Assembly (NCBI GenBank): GCA_019912845.1
Contig: JAIOHU010000287.1
Coordinates: forward strand, 8,925-72,924
From: a bacterium
Lineage (GTDB): Bacteria > Electryoneota > Electryoneia > Electryoneales > Electryoneaceae
DNA length: 64,000 bases
Direction of reading: 5' to 3'
Shown here: positions 1 through 9,712 of the stretch, piece after piece
Layout of the letters: the number at the start of each line of letters is the position of its first letter
Position numbering within the stretch: the first letter of the stretch is position 1
Translations under genes and position numbers: made by a program
Notes under the pieces: model-generated
The model's input: the letters and a program-made list of their open reading frames with translations, nothing else
What the model was told of the DNA's origin: nothing
Database searches by the model: none

Positions 1-122
1 CGTTTCAGTTCTACTGTTATCGAATTAAATGCTGCACTCGAACAACTGAATTCTTTGATAATGTCTACAGAACGTTATCCGTCAAATATTCTCTATTCTG
101 AACCCCCCGCCAAGGAAAAATA
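1..122 (+). CDS. C-terminal fragment of an upstream gene (partial, runs off the window start); possibly an MCE/PqiB-like protein given the lipoprotein that follows
   Basis: Frame 1 is open from nt 1 to TAG at 120-122 (..RFSSTVIELNAALEQLNSLIMSTERYPSNILYSEPPAKEK*). The next gene starts 10 nt later, suggesting a co-transcribed pair. The function is an inference only. Confidence 0.3.
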
Positions 123-132
123 GGGTATTACT

Positions 133-801
133 ATGAAAATCCGTCACATATTTTTTCTGTTCGTACTGTTTCTGCTTGCCGGGTGCGTAAATATTCCCCG
201 TGAAAAAATAGAGATATCCCGTTACAGTCTTGACCCTCCCCTGATGATTGAACCTTCGGATACATCCTTCGCATTGGCGGTTCATATACTCCCCTTTATT
301 GCAAGTGCGGAACAGCATGGAGACCGTATCCTTTTCAAAGGTGATCAACATCGTATGGACTATTATTTCTACCATCGTTGGATTATCGCCCCTGAAGGTG
401 CCCTAACAGACATTTTAGCGTCTGATCTACTGCAATGGGGCATGTTTGGTGATGGTGTATTTCAACAGGAAATAGGGTTGGTGCCAACTCATGAAATCGG
501 TGGAAGACTGATTGATCTGTATGCGAATAATGTGCGTGGTGAGGAGAGTGCGGTATTGGAGGTCAAATTGACCGTCATGCGTGTCCATCCCGGCACTTAC
601 ATGAAAATGCTGGTTTATCAGAAGTCATATCGGATTGTCGAAAGCCGACAGGATGGGTCTGTCGATAGCTTTGTACTCGCCGCTAATGCCGCTATTGAAC
701 AATGGCTGGCATTAGTCAGATACGACATGGAAGCACTCTTCCTCGAAGAGGTGAAAGTTTTTAATAAGATGAATAAGAAACAACCAGGAACAGACCGTTA
801 G
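133..801 (+). CDS. Cys-lipoprotein, possibly a PqiC-like ABC-transport auxiliary lipoprotein
   Basis: The N-terminus MKIRHIFFLFVLFLLAGC is a signal peptide with a lipobox (LAGC). The 222-aa size and the position directly after a truncated ORF fit a PqiC-like protein. No catalytic motifs are visible. Confidence 0.55.
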   Translation: MKIRHIFFLFVLFLLAGCVNIPREKIEISRYSLDPPLMIEPSDTSFALAVHILPFIASAEQHGDRILFKGDQHRMDYYFYHRWIIAPEGALTDILASDLLQWGMFGDGVFQQEIGLVPTHEIGGRLIDLYANNVRGEESAVLEVKLTVMRVHPGTYMKMLVYQKSYRIVESRQDGSVDSFVLAANAAIEQWLALVRYDMEALFLEEVKVFNKMNKKQPGTDR

Positions 802-835
802 ACCTGATTGCAAAGAATTTGCAGGATAGCAAGTA

Positions 836-886
836 GAATTCAGCAAAGACTTTTTCCGCATAAAACATGTCATCTTTGCTGAATTC
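836..886. terminator. Long perfect hairpin between convergent genes (possible bidirectional terminator)
   Basis: GAATTCAGCAAAGA (836-849) pairs with TCTTTGCTGAATTC (873-886). This is a 14-bp perfect stem around a 23-nt loop. It lies between the stop of the lipoprotein gene (801) and the stop of the minus-strand porin gene (901). Confidence 0.4.
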
Positions 887-900
887 TCCTCAGTTATTAA

Positions 901-2049
901 TCAGAACGTACCATTGAGTCCGGCAATAATCCCCCATGCAGTATTTTCAACGCCAGTATCTCCGCCATCGTACATATCAGTGTAGTATTCCGCTTTGAGC
1001 ATCAGATTGTCAGACACCGAAACTCCGGAAGCGATTTGTAAACGTGTGACCGTTTGATCCTTAGAGAGTCCAATACCCGTCGCAGGCTGGATGATTCCCG
1101 GGTTTGGAAAATCTGCCGCGATGAACGCACCGGTGCCATTATCGGCTTCCGGTATCCACATGCTGATCCTGCCGGCGATATGCATACGTTCATTGAAATA
1201 CTTCACTGAACCTTGCATCACACTGACATTATCGTGCGTGGTACCGTCACCATCACCATAAGTAAGCATACCATAGTTAGCGTATAACTCAAGGCTCGGC
1301 ACCATGTTGATCCTTGCTTCGCCTAACACTCCATTGAACTCTTTTCCAAATCCGGTGGGGTCTTGCTGCGAGTCATCGGACATCATATATGAAGCATAAA
1401 ATTTTGCCTTTTCTTCAAGGAGAACACCACCTCTTGCGGTTATTTCAAATCTACCATCACCGTTATTAGCATCCTCTGCTGTGCCATTTGTAATTGCCAG
1501 GGAGGCATCAAACAACTCATACTGCCAGTTTGCCATAACACCAAGCGTATTAAGCGTCCCCATCGGTCCCGCAAATGCAGAGTAAAGCAGGGGATTTAGA
1601 ATAAAATCATTTGCAAAGGTATCACCATTGTTGGAAAGGTGATTGGTCTCTTCTCCAAAGGGCGTATCAAACGATCCCAGTGTAAAATTCAACCTGTAAT
1701 AATCTGGATACCAGTTAAAGTACATATCGGTTAATTCGGCACCAGGACCAACAATACCATACTGACCATTGCCGGGGCCAGTCTGAAGTTGAAAACCGAA
1801 CTCGAAATGCTCGCTTAGTATCCAGTTGAAGTCAATATTCAAGCCAAAATCAAACCCTGAATCAGAATCCTTATCAATACCTTCAAAGTCGTAATTGATT
1901 GTGCTGAACATTCCAATTCCTGTTGCGGAAATTTCCGGTTCAATCATATCCATACTGAAAGCCAAACTTACAGCTAACATAGAAACTACCGTCACGATAA
2001 AAACCACTCTAAAAATATTCATACTATTTCCTTTATTAGATTTCCACAA
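901..2049 (-). CDS. Outer-membrane beta-barrel protein (porin-like)
   Basis: The signal peptide is MNIFRVVFIVTVVSMLAVSLAFS. The composition is Gly/Asn/Asp/Tyr-rich with alternating strand pattern. The C-terminal residue is Phe (..AGLNGTF), typical of an outer-membrane barrel. Confidence 0.6.
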   Translation of the reverse strand: MWKSNKGNSMNIFRVVFIVTVVSMLAVSLAFSMDMIEPEISATGIGMFSTINYDFEGIDKDSDSGFDFGLNIDFNWILSEHFEFGFQLQTGPGNGQYGIVGPGAELTDMYFNWYPDYYRLNFTLGSFDTPFGEETNHLSNNGDTFANDFILNPLLYSAFAGPMGTLNTLGVMANWQYELFDASLAITNGTAEDANNGDGRFEITARGGVLLEEKAKFYASYMMSDDSQQDPTGFGKEFNGVLGEARINMVPSLELYANYGMLTYGDGDGTTHDNVSVMQGSVKYFNERMHIAGRISMWIPEADNGTGAFIAADFPNPGIIQPATGIGLSKDQTVTRLQIASGVSVSDNLMLKAEYYTDMYDGGDTGVENTAWGIIAGLNGTF

Positions 2050-2218
2050 AGTTAGTGTGACCTAACTTTTTCAAATATAGTTTTTGGGGGCTATATACGC
2101 AATACCTTCCATGGGAATTTATTAAGGTTATATTGATGCTCCATTCTATTTCCTTTTTAAAGTCAAATTCCTTGCTAGTTCTCGACTCATCAGCTATTCT
2201 TGATGCAACGGAGCCGGC

Positions 2219-2665
2219 ATGCAGATCTGCACGGAGAAGCAAATGCCAAACATCGTACACCTGTTCACAGTGAATGCCCCACTCAGAGAAGTTTTCAGAG
2301 CGATAACCGAACAAAAAGGGTTATCCTCATGGTGGACAGAAACCGCAATCGCGAGCCCGGAACCAGGGGCAGAACTGGAATTTACATTCGGAGATATCTT
2401 TTACAACAAGATGAAAGTAATCAGCTTTCATCCTGATAAAGGAGTGGAATGGGAATGTCTTGAAGGTGCAGAGGAATGGGTCGGCACCAGGCTGTCATTT
2501 CGATTGAAAAAGGTTGAGGACGGCTGCGAGGTACGGTTCGAGCACCGTGATTGGCTGGCTGAGACAGATTTTTACGCCAGTTGCAGTTTCAATTGGGCAT
2601 ACTACCTGCAAAGCCTGAGATTGTACCTCGAAACCGGAAGAGGCACACCCTATTCCAGCAAATAA
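2219..2665 (+). CDS. SRPBCC-fold protein (AHSA1 / activator of Hsp90 ATPase-like, START-like)
   Basis: The 148-aa ORF has the pattern ..VHLFTVNAPLREVFRAITEQKGLSSWW..EFTFGD..WEC..GTRLSFRL.., typical of AHSA1/SRPBCC small proteins. The true start may be the second Met at 2243. Confidence 0.5.
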   Translation: MQICTEKQMPNIVHLFTVNAPLREVFRAITEQKGLSSWWTETAIASPEPGAELEFTFGDIFYNKMKVISFHPDKGVEWECLEGAEEWVGTRLSFRLKKVEDGCEVRFEHRDWLAETDFYASCSFNWAYYLQSLRLYLETGRGTPYSSK

Positions 2666-3111
2666 GAAATGCAGCAAAAGTTTATCATTCTTCGCTATTC
2701 TGTGAGGGTAGACAGTGAATTAAAAGTCTTTCCATTGTCATCACGAGGAACACAGTGACGAAGTGATCTAAAGTAACAAAAAGCACGGTTGCTTCACTGC
2801 ATTCGTAATGACTGATATTAAGAATGAACTATATTGTATTTTTCAGGGTCATAAAAGCGCTCGACTTGAAATAGTCCAGCCCTGGAAGAGCCTTCATGCA
2901 GAAACATTGAGAAAACAATTGAAGTAATATGCCAGGGCAGACTGCTATAAGAAGCAGTACAGGTGTCGGTGAATGATTCCAAGTCACGCTGCTTATTCGA
3001 AATTTTGCTCCCAATGCCACCAAAGTTCAATATGTACTTTGTAGATGTTTTAAATTGTACCTTATATTTATTTTTCGGTTCAATTTGATTTGAGGACGGA
3101 CGAAAGAACCG

Positions 3112-5157
3112 TTGACCTTTGGCATCCCCGCGCCAACAGGAGGTCAGGAGTTGAAATTCACAACACGCACAGCTCTCTTTTCATTGCTTTGGCTGATTAT
3201 CATCAGTCTGTTTTTTGTTGTCCGATATGACCATCTCATCCAGGTATTAAATTCTCCCCCGGGTCGAATCCTGATTATCGATTCGTTGTATTATAATTCC
3301 TGGGCGATGAAAATATTCCACGGTTTGGGGTTGGGTCCGACTGTCTTTTTTATGAGTCCGCTCTATCCTTTGTTTATTGCGTTCGCAAAAAGCGTGGCAG
3401 GCGACTCAACAGGGTCTGTTCTCTTTTTCCAGCTTATTCTTTCCTTCCTTACACTGATTTTAATCGGCAGGTTCACCTCAAAACGATTTGGTGCATCCGC
3501 TGGTGTACTGGCTGGGTTATTCTATACCCTCTACACACCTGGGATTTATTATGATTCAGTCCTCCTCTCCACAACACTGATTCTTTTCCTTACAATGACT
3601 GCCCTGACCTTCCTCGATATCACTGAAAGCCGTGGTGGACGGTTATGGGTGATTCTCGCTGGTCTGGCGATCGGATTATCTTCTCTTGCAAGACCGAATT
3701 CGCTCATTTTATTGCCGTTCTTCGGATTTGTCTTTGTGCGAAAGTGGAAAAAATACGGATTAGAACAATTCCTCTTCCTCTCAGTTGCGGCAATGATCGT
3801 TGTCTTTCCAGCGATGCTCAGAAATTATATGCTTGGTGGAGAATTTTACCTTACAACCAGTTCGGCTGGTGTGAATATGTACATCGGAAATAATCAGGGA
3901 GCCAATGGTTTGTACTGGGAGGCACCCTGGTTAACCAGTGCCGAACCCTCTGCGGAAGCAGGAGACTACCGTGCAGAGGCTGAAAGACGCCTTGAAAAGA
4001 ATATGACAATCGGTGGGGCATCCACCTACTGGTTGACTCAATCACTTGCTTATATCGTAACGCATCCCGTTGAATGGATGATTCTTGAAGCGAAAAAGTT
4101 TGCGTACTTTTTCAACCGTGTCGAGTCGCCCAATAACGTTAGTTTTTACGGGGTCAAAGAATACTCCTCCGTGTTGCGAAGTTTATGGCTGTTTAATTTT
4201 GGCTGGCTTGCTCCCTTCGCTCTGGTCGGTTTGGTGATAAGCAGACGTGAGCAGGGTTCTGCCTTCGCCTGGGCAGTGGTTCTTGCTTTCCTGACTTCCG
4301 CCCTGTTGTTCTTTGTCTCCGGGGAATACAGATATCCGATTATGGGTGTCATGATTGCTTATGGTGCAGGTGCAATAACTCGTACATTCCATCAATTGCG
4401 TCACAAGGAGATAGAACCAGCGCAAATTTCCATGATACTCCTTTTGGTTTTGCTGATGTTCTGCAATGTACCCTGGAAGACCATGAAAGTGGTTTCCAAC
4501 CCGAAAATGGATTACTTCAACTGGGCATCAACCTCATTCGCACAGAATGATCTACCCAATGCTGCGCTGCTTTTTACTGCCGCAATTGCCTGGGAACCAA
4601 CCTGGGTTGAACCACATCTGCAACTTGCACAGGTTTACGACGAAATGAACCTCACGGAGCTGGCAGACAGTGAATATGAATATGCCGGTATCAGCAGGAG
4701 TCAATTGCAGGCGATACGTGAGCAGGAAGCCATTGCCGAAGTCGTTAATCCAGACTCTCTTACCAGTGGCAATATGAATTCACAGGAATTAACAGAGGTG
4801 GGGGTTCGTTTCAACCAACTTCAGAAGTTTGAACAAGCGGGTATTATCCTGGCTCGAGCCGCTCGTATGGATACAACCAATTACGAGGCTCGTTTCCAGT
4901 TTGCATTTGCTTTAGAAAACACACGTCAATTTGATCAGGCGAAGCAGGTCTATACTGAGCTGGAGCTGGTTCAGGATGAAGACCCTCTGATCCCCTATAG
5001 AATTGCTCATATCGAGTACTATCAGGGGAACAGAGGAAATGCGATGTCTACCCTGCGCCGTGTCAAATATAAAGCGTCAATGCTGACAGACCCAGCAAGC
5101 AAAAAACGCTGGCTTGAAATTGTCAAACAGACCGAAAGTTCATTTATGAATTTCTAA
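3112..5157 (+). CDS. GT-C-fold glycosyltransferase-like polytopic membrane protein (PMT/ArnT/TMTC-like) with a C-terminal TPR-repeat domain
   Basis: About 11 predicted TM helices occupy the first ~440 aa, followed by a soluble tail with TPR-like repeats (..AAIAWEPTWVEPHLQLAQVYDEMN..; ..FQFAFALENTRQFDQAKQVY..). It is a paralogue of the 6072-8075 gene, with shared blocks LARPNSL/LLRANAL, NMYIGNNQGANG/NLYLGNHPSATG and GEYRYP/ARYRFP. The ORF track uses a TTG start at 3112. An alternative TTG at 3154 sits 7 nt after AGGAGG. Confidence 0.55.
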   Translation: MTFGIPAPTGGQELKFTTRTALFSLLWLIIISLFFVVRYDHLIQVLNSPPGRILIIDSLYYNSWAMKIFHGLGLGPTVFFMSPLYPLFIAFAKSVAGDSTGSVLFFQLILSFLTLILIGRFTSKRFGASAGVLAGLFYTLYTPGIYYDSVLLSTTLILFLTMTALTFLDITESRGGRLWVILAGLAIGLSSLARPNSLILLPFFGFVFVRKWKKYGLEQFLFLSVAAMIVVFPAMLRNYMLGGEFYLTTSSAGVNMYIGNNQGANGLYWEAPWLTSAEPSAEAGDYRAEAERRLEKNMTIGGASTYWLTQSLAYIVTHPVEWMILEAKKFAYFFNRVESPNNVSFYGVKEYSSVLRSLWLFNFGWLAPFALVGLVISRREQGSAFAWAVVLAFLTSALLFFVSGEYRYPIMGVMIAYGAGAITRTFHQLRHKEIEPAQISMILLLVLLMFCNVPWKTMKVVSNPKMDYFNWASTSFAQNDLPNAALLFTAAIAWEPTWVEPHLQLAQVYDEMNLTELADSEYEYAGISRSQLQAIREQEAIAEVVNPDSLTSGNMNSQELTEVGVRFNQLQKFEQAGIILARAARMDTTNYEARFQFAFALENTRQFDQAKQVYTELELVQDEDPLIPYRIAHIEYYQGNRGNAMSTLRRVKYKASMLTDPASKKRWLEIVKQTESSFMNF

Positions 5158-6017
5158 TCTCCCCAGACAATTCGGAATCCAAGATCATCCACTCTGTTTT
5201 CCGGGTTGATCGCCTGACGATAGGAAGTTCGAATTTCATAGTTTGAGGATCGATAACTGCCACCACGAATTACACGAACTGTTCCCGTTTCAGGACCAGT
5301 CGGATTATCCAGTGATTCGTCAAAACTGTAGTAGTTTCCATAAAACCAGTCGTGGCACCATTCAAATACTGATCCTGCCATATCATACACACCATAGGGC
5401 GATGCGTATTGTGTGAAACGACCCACTTCCATGGTTGTCGCATCTACACCGTTCCTGCTAAAATCAGCGTGGTTTACAGTCGGGATTTCGTTACCCCAGG
5501 GATAATCATGTAAATCTTCACTGTCGCCTCTAGCAGCTTTCTCCCATTCAGCTTCCGTAGGCAAACGTCCTCCAGCCCAATTACAAAACGCAACCGCACT
5601 GGCATAGTCTATATAGACAACAGGATGGTTTTCATAACTACTGAAAGGTTCAAAGGTGCCATTCGCTCTGTGGATTCGCATATCACCATAATAATGGCTT
5701 TCATTGCCATCATTCAGAAAATAGCAATACTGTTCATTGGTTATTTCAGTCTTTGATATCCAGAACGAATCAACATTTACAGTTCGAGGTGGTGCTTCCC
5801 AGTCATCGGCGTTATAACGACCTCGATTAAAGTTTCCTCCGGGAACCAGAACGTTTTCGATATTCAGGCTATCAGGAAGATCACCGGGTGAGTTGTCGTC
5901 ACCAGTACTATCTGCCGCTCCGACAATTCCACCTCCACCTGGACTTCCTCCACAACCATACAACAGGAGTGATACCAGGGCAGCACTGAAAAACAGTATC
6001 GTCAATTGTCTTTTCAT
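5154..6017 (-). CDS. Formylglycine-generating-enzyme (FGE/SUMF1)-family domain lipoprotein
   Basis: The lipoprotein signal is MKRQLTILFFSAALVSLLLYGC. FGE-sulfatase motifs are present: ..SPYGVYDMAGSVFEWCHDWF.., ..RVIRGGSYRSS.. and ..LGFRIV... The start was moved to the second Met at 6015-6017 to remove overlap with the downstream plus-strand gene. Confidence 0.7.
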   Translation of the reverse strand: MKRQLTILFFSAALVSLLLYGCGGSPGGGGIVGAADSTGDDNSPGDLPDSLNIENVLVPGGNFNRGRYNADDWEAPPRTVNVDSFWISKTEITNEQYCYFLNDGNESHYYGDMRIHRANGTFEPFSSYENHPVVYIDYASAVAFCNWAGGRLPTEAEWEKAARGDSEDLHDYPWGNEIPTVNHADFSRNGVDATTMEVGRFTQYASPYGVYDMAGSVFEWCHDWFYGNYYSFDESLDNPTGPETGTVRVIRGGSYRSSNYEIRTSYRQAINPENRVDDLGFRIVWGD

Positions 6018-6071
6018 CTCACACACCCTACCTTTCCTCAACCTCAGTTCTATCAAAGTTTCATACTGTAT

Positions 6072-8075
6072 ATGAAGATACGCACAAATTTAAGTCAATT
6101 CAGGGAAATCGCCCCCTGGGTTTTACCACTCTCGGTTGCTGTAATAGCTACGGTTATCCGTATTTTGTATCTGGCAGCAGCAGCAAAGCTACCCACCTTT
6201 TTAAGCCCGGGTATGGATGCAGAAATATACCGTAAGTGGGCTGACTCGCTCATCCAGGGCAATTCACCTGATATCCCCTTTTTCCGAGCACCTTTTTACC
6301 CCTATTTCATCGCCGTGTTGGGTAAAATGTTTCATGGCGATACTTTCTGGTCAATCCGAATTATTCAAATATTTTTCAGCTCCCTCTCAGCATCACTGCT
6401 TGCGGTTCTTGCCAGACGCTGGCTTGACTCTTCATTAGCCGGATGGATCGCAGGGGTCGGATGGGCGATATACGGTCTTTCCATCTATTTTGATGGTGAA
6501 GGACTTATCGCGAGTCTCTATACATCGTTTTTTATTCTCCTGATCTATCTACTGGATCATCATCGAAATCACCCTACCCTGCTCAGAACAATCTTCCCAA
6601 TACTGACCCTGGGTATACTGACTTTGTTACGAGCGAATGCGCTGCTCTGGTGGATCGTCGTTCCTGTCCTATTGATCAAACAGTCTAACTTTTATCATAA
6701 AAGATTCGATATTGAGCAAACCCGTAACCTCATAATTGCTATACTCCTCCTCTGCATGATCGTTACCCCAACTATCCTGCACAATTTACGTGCCGGTGGT
6801 GGTTTTGCCATCAGCACCCAGGGAGGTATAAACCTCTATCTTGGCAACCATCCAAGTGCAACTGGTGCTTATGCTGTCGATCCAGACTTTGGAAACGACT
6901 GGACGCGTGAACAAATCGAACATCGCGCTGAAGATATTGAAGGAAGATCATTAACCGCTGCTGAAATATCACGTTTTTATACCAGACTCGCATGGAAATA
7001 CTGGACGACCTCTCCAGTGGATGCCATTGAACTTACGGTTAAAAAATTCCTCCTGATCTTCAATAATCGCGAAATCGGCAACAACCGGGTACTGCTTCCC
7101 TTTATCCATGAAGTGTCACCCCTGCTTGCCGGGTGGGTAAAAATTAACTTTGCACTGATCGCCATTTTGGGACTATCTGGACTCGTTTATGGCTGGCGAA
7201 AGTTCACTAACCTTCGACCTGCAATTGTGCTGGCAGGGGTTCATTTGTTTGGCATATTGCCGTTTTTTATTACTGCACGATACCGTTTTCCAATTACACC
7301 GGTGTTGCTCATCGGCAGTACAGTTTCGCTTATCTATTTGACGCAGATTTTCAAGAAAGGATTAATGGAAAAAGGATTATTTCGGAAGTACTGGCAAATT
7401 GGAATTGTTGCATTGACAACAACGATAATAGTACTCGCCCCCAGCAGTGTTCATGTTGATTCCATGCCGATCGACCAATGGCTTTTCCATCAGGCGAATG
7501 CAGCTTTACGTTTGAATAGATTGGAGATTGCTACCACCAAATTTCACGAAGTCTTACATGAGAACTCGAACTACAAGGATGCTGCCCTGAACCTTGGTGT
7601 TATCCACCTGAGACAATCAGACTTTGATTCTGCAGGTTGGTATTTTGAGCGGGAACTGGAAACCTATCCAGATAATGTTAAAGCGTTGAATAATATGGGA
7701 GTCGTTGAGGAAAGGAATGACAACTTGCAGGAATCCAGAGCTTTTTATCAGCAAGCATTGCTTGCTGACCCGACCCATCTTGACGCACGGATAAACCTTG
7801 CAAGAATTTACAATCGACTCGCTGCACAGGCTATGCAAATACAAGATGTTGAATCAGCTTATAATTACCAGAAACTGGCACTGGAAACCACACCAAAGAA
7901 CCTGGATTACAATGTAAATTTTGCTGTTTACACCGCTGCGAAAGGAGATATCAGAGAGGCTGAAAGATTACTTCGAGACCTGCTTGATGTGCATCCTGAT
8001 CATCCCGGAGCATCGAGAGCTTTTGCACTACTCTCACGTTTCGAGGAATCGGACTCAACTTCCATCATTCGATAA
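6072..8075 (+). CDS. GT-C-fold glycosyltransferase-like membrane protein with a C-terminal TPR domain (paralogue of 3112-5157)
   Basis: It has a polytopic N-terminal domain with the same conserved blocks as the 3112-5157 gene. The C-terminal tail carries TPR-like repeats (..ALNLGVIHLRQSDFDSAGWYFERELETYPDNVKALNNMGVV..). The start was taken at Met23 (ATG 6072) of the ORF-track frame. Confidence 0.55.
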   Translation: MKIRTNLSQFREIAPWVLPLSVAVIATVIRILYLAAAAKLPTFLSPGMDAEIYRKWADSLIQGNSPDIPFFRAPFYPYFIAVLGKMFHGDTFWSIRIIQIFFSSLSASLLAVLARRWLDSSLAGWIAGVGWAIYGLSIYFDGEGLIASLYTSFFILLIYLLDHHRNHPTLLRTIFPILTLGILTLLRANALLWWIVVPVLLIKQSNFYHKRFDIEQTRNLIIAILLLCMIVTPTILHNLRAGGGFAISTQGGINLYLGNHPSATGAYAVDPDFGNDWTREQIEHRAEDIEGRSLTAAEISRFYTRLAWKYWTTSPVDAIELTVKKFLLIFNNREIGNNRVLLPFIHEVSPLLAGWVKINFALIAILGLSGLVYGWRKFTNLRPAIVLAGVHLFGILPFFITARYRFPITPVLLIGSTVSLIYLTQIFKKGLMEKGLFRKYWQIGIVALTTTIIVLAPSSVHVDSMPIDQWLFHQANAALRLNRLEIATTKFHEVLHENSNYKDAALNLGVIHLRQSDFDSAGWYFERELETYPDNVKALNNMGVVEERNDNLQESRAFYQQALLADPTHLDARINLARIYNRLAAQAMQIQDVESAYNYQKLALETTPKNLDYNVNFAVYTAAKGDIREAERLLRDLLDVHPDHPGASRAFALLSRFEESDSTSIIR

Positions 8076-9703
8076 AGTTCAAGACGCCAACGGTTTCCCA
8101 CCTGTCGAACACCCGTACTTTCAACCCCCAACTCCGGGTTCGCATCCGGACCTGGGCTGCTTTCTTCTGTGAGATGCCAGAATTGTGTTTTGCCATCAGC
8201 TTTCAGCAGCTCAAGTGTATGAGTCCATCCTGCAAAATTCCCGGGAAACAATGCACGAATATTGTGGAGACTTGGTCCAAGATCAGCACCCATATACCAA
8301 CCTGAAATGATCACCCATTCGCTCTGGCTGGCACGTTCCACAGAACGTCGCATGAATGCATTCCCCTGCCGTGCCTCAAGCAGCAGTAGCAACGAACTCA
8401 ATTGGATTAGAATACTGAACAGGAGAAACCCGCGAGCGATATTTTGCTTCGTTTTACCCAGCATCGGCAACTTCAAATAAGCAAAGACCGTTGCTACCGC
8501 GATAGCGGGTAACAATAACCGTGGACTATAGTGAATCCCGGGTGGAGATGGATTCGAGACTGTAACCAACAGAATGAATGCGAGAAGTGTAAGTCGCAGT
8601 TTTTTTTCTACCGAGTCTGTCACCGGGAAAAACCACCACAGTGCTGCAAATGGTACCACTGCCAGCCATCCAGTTTCTGCCGCCAGGTTCCCCCATTCAA
8701 CAGGTTTTGAAAGTCGTACTATCCAGATAACCATCAATCCGAGCAGACCGACCATTGTCAGCAGGGAATATTTTAAATCTTTTTGTCTGTTGCCAAGCGC
8801 AATGAATCCCAGAATTCCCAAGCCGATAATTATGTTTTTAATGCCCAGCCCTAAACCCAGGTCATTCTGGATTCGTAAAAAAACAGCCTTGATGCTGAAG
8901 TTTGCCAGACTTGCATTCTCTGTCCATTGCAACGGAAGAATGCTTTCAGTTTGCAGATAATTGAAGACCAGAAACAACGCAATGAGTGATCCTAATGGCA
9001 ATAGAAAACGGAGTAGCAGTTTTTTTGATTGAAAAATGAGTAAAACAATCGCCCACAACACCCCTTCGGGTCGTAACATAATTCCAATTGCTGAAAAAAT
9101 TCCTGCCCACACTGCCGACCGTGTTTTTTTCTCCAGCGAATAACTCAAACTTAGAAGTGCGAATCCCGTGAATAACGTATGTTCCCAAACTGTGAAGGTG
9201 TAAAAATACAGTGGTGTTGCCAGTATAATTACCACTGGCGCATTCAGGATTGATTCGTTAACCTTCACTGTTTTTCTTCTGAACTGTCCGCAGATACGGT
9301 AAGCTGCGAAAGCAGCGAGGAGTGTTCCCAGTAGAGAAAGCAACCGCATTCCCTGCTCCCCGCCAAACTTCCAAAATAAAGACCCAACTACGAGATATAT
9401 TGGACTGTACACACTTATCCAGCGATTTTCTGATTCCAGGAAACGTGCAAAGGGAAATCCATAGGGCAGGAACTTTCCTGAAGGATCAAGTTCCTCTCCA
9501 GGGTTTGGCAACGTGTAGGTGATATCTCCATCTTCTGCCACTGAAGCTGCTGCGAGGGCTTTCATGCCACCATCCATCCCCCAAAAGCCGTCCTTGTCAG
9601 GCAGATAAAACCCGGCAAGTAAAAAACCCAGCGTCAGAAGGTAAAAAAGGGCTATCCATATTGTACGGACAGCCCCTGAAGACTTTTTATCTGAATGTGC
9701 CAC
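8000..9703 (-). CDS. Third GT-C-like polytopic membrane glycosyltransferase (ArnT/PMT-like) with a C-terminal soluble domain
   Basis: About 12 hydrophobic helices fill the first ~430 aa (..LLTLGFLLAGFYLP..; ..RPEGVLWAIVLLIF..), followed by a ~130-aa hydrophilic tail. Its 3' end overlaps the convergent 6072-8075 gene by 76 nt. It is the last gene of the long minus-strand operon. Confidence 0.5.
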   Translation of the reverse strand: MAHSDKKSSGAVRTIWIALFYLLTLGFLLAGFYLPDKDGFWGMDGGMKALAAASVAEDGDITYTLPNPGEELDPSGKFLPYGFPFARFLESENRWISVYSPIYLVVGSLFWKFGGEQGMRLLSLLGTLLAAFAAYRICGQFRRKTVKVNESILNAPVVIILATPLYFYTFTVWEHTLFTGFALLSLSYSLEKKTRSAVWAGIFSAIGIMLRPEGVLWAIVLLIFQSKKLLLRFLLPLGSLIALFLVFNYLQTESILPLQWTENASLANFSIKAVFLRIQNDLGLGLGIKNIIIGLGILGFIALGNRQKDLKYSLLTMVGLLGLMVIWIVRLSKPVEWGNLAAETGWLAVVPFAALWWFFPVTDSVEKKLRLTLLAFILLVTVSNPSPPGIHYSPRLLLPAIAVATVFAYLKLPMLGKTKQNIARGFLLFSILIQLSSLLLLLEARQGNAFMRRSVERASQSEWVIISGWYMGADLGPSLHNIRALFPGNFAGWTHTLELLKADGKTQFWHLTEESSPGPDANPELGVESTGVRQVGNRWRLELYRMMEVESDSSKRESSAKALDAPG

Positions 9704-9712
9704 TAGATATTT

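Noticed and set aside
2100-2110. Possible sixth copy of repeat family A (CAATACCTTCC) upstream of the SRPBCC gene
   Set aside because: Only the first 11 nt match. The hairpin and the ATGACG box are absent. This is likely chance or a highly decayed remnant.
2690-3110. Overlapping minus-strand ORFs 2818-3030 and 2829-3023 in the 450-bp gap before the first GT-C gene
   Set aside because: Two mutually exclusive frames over the same span with no motifs. This is probably a promoter or leader region for the GT-C gene.
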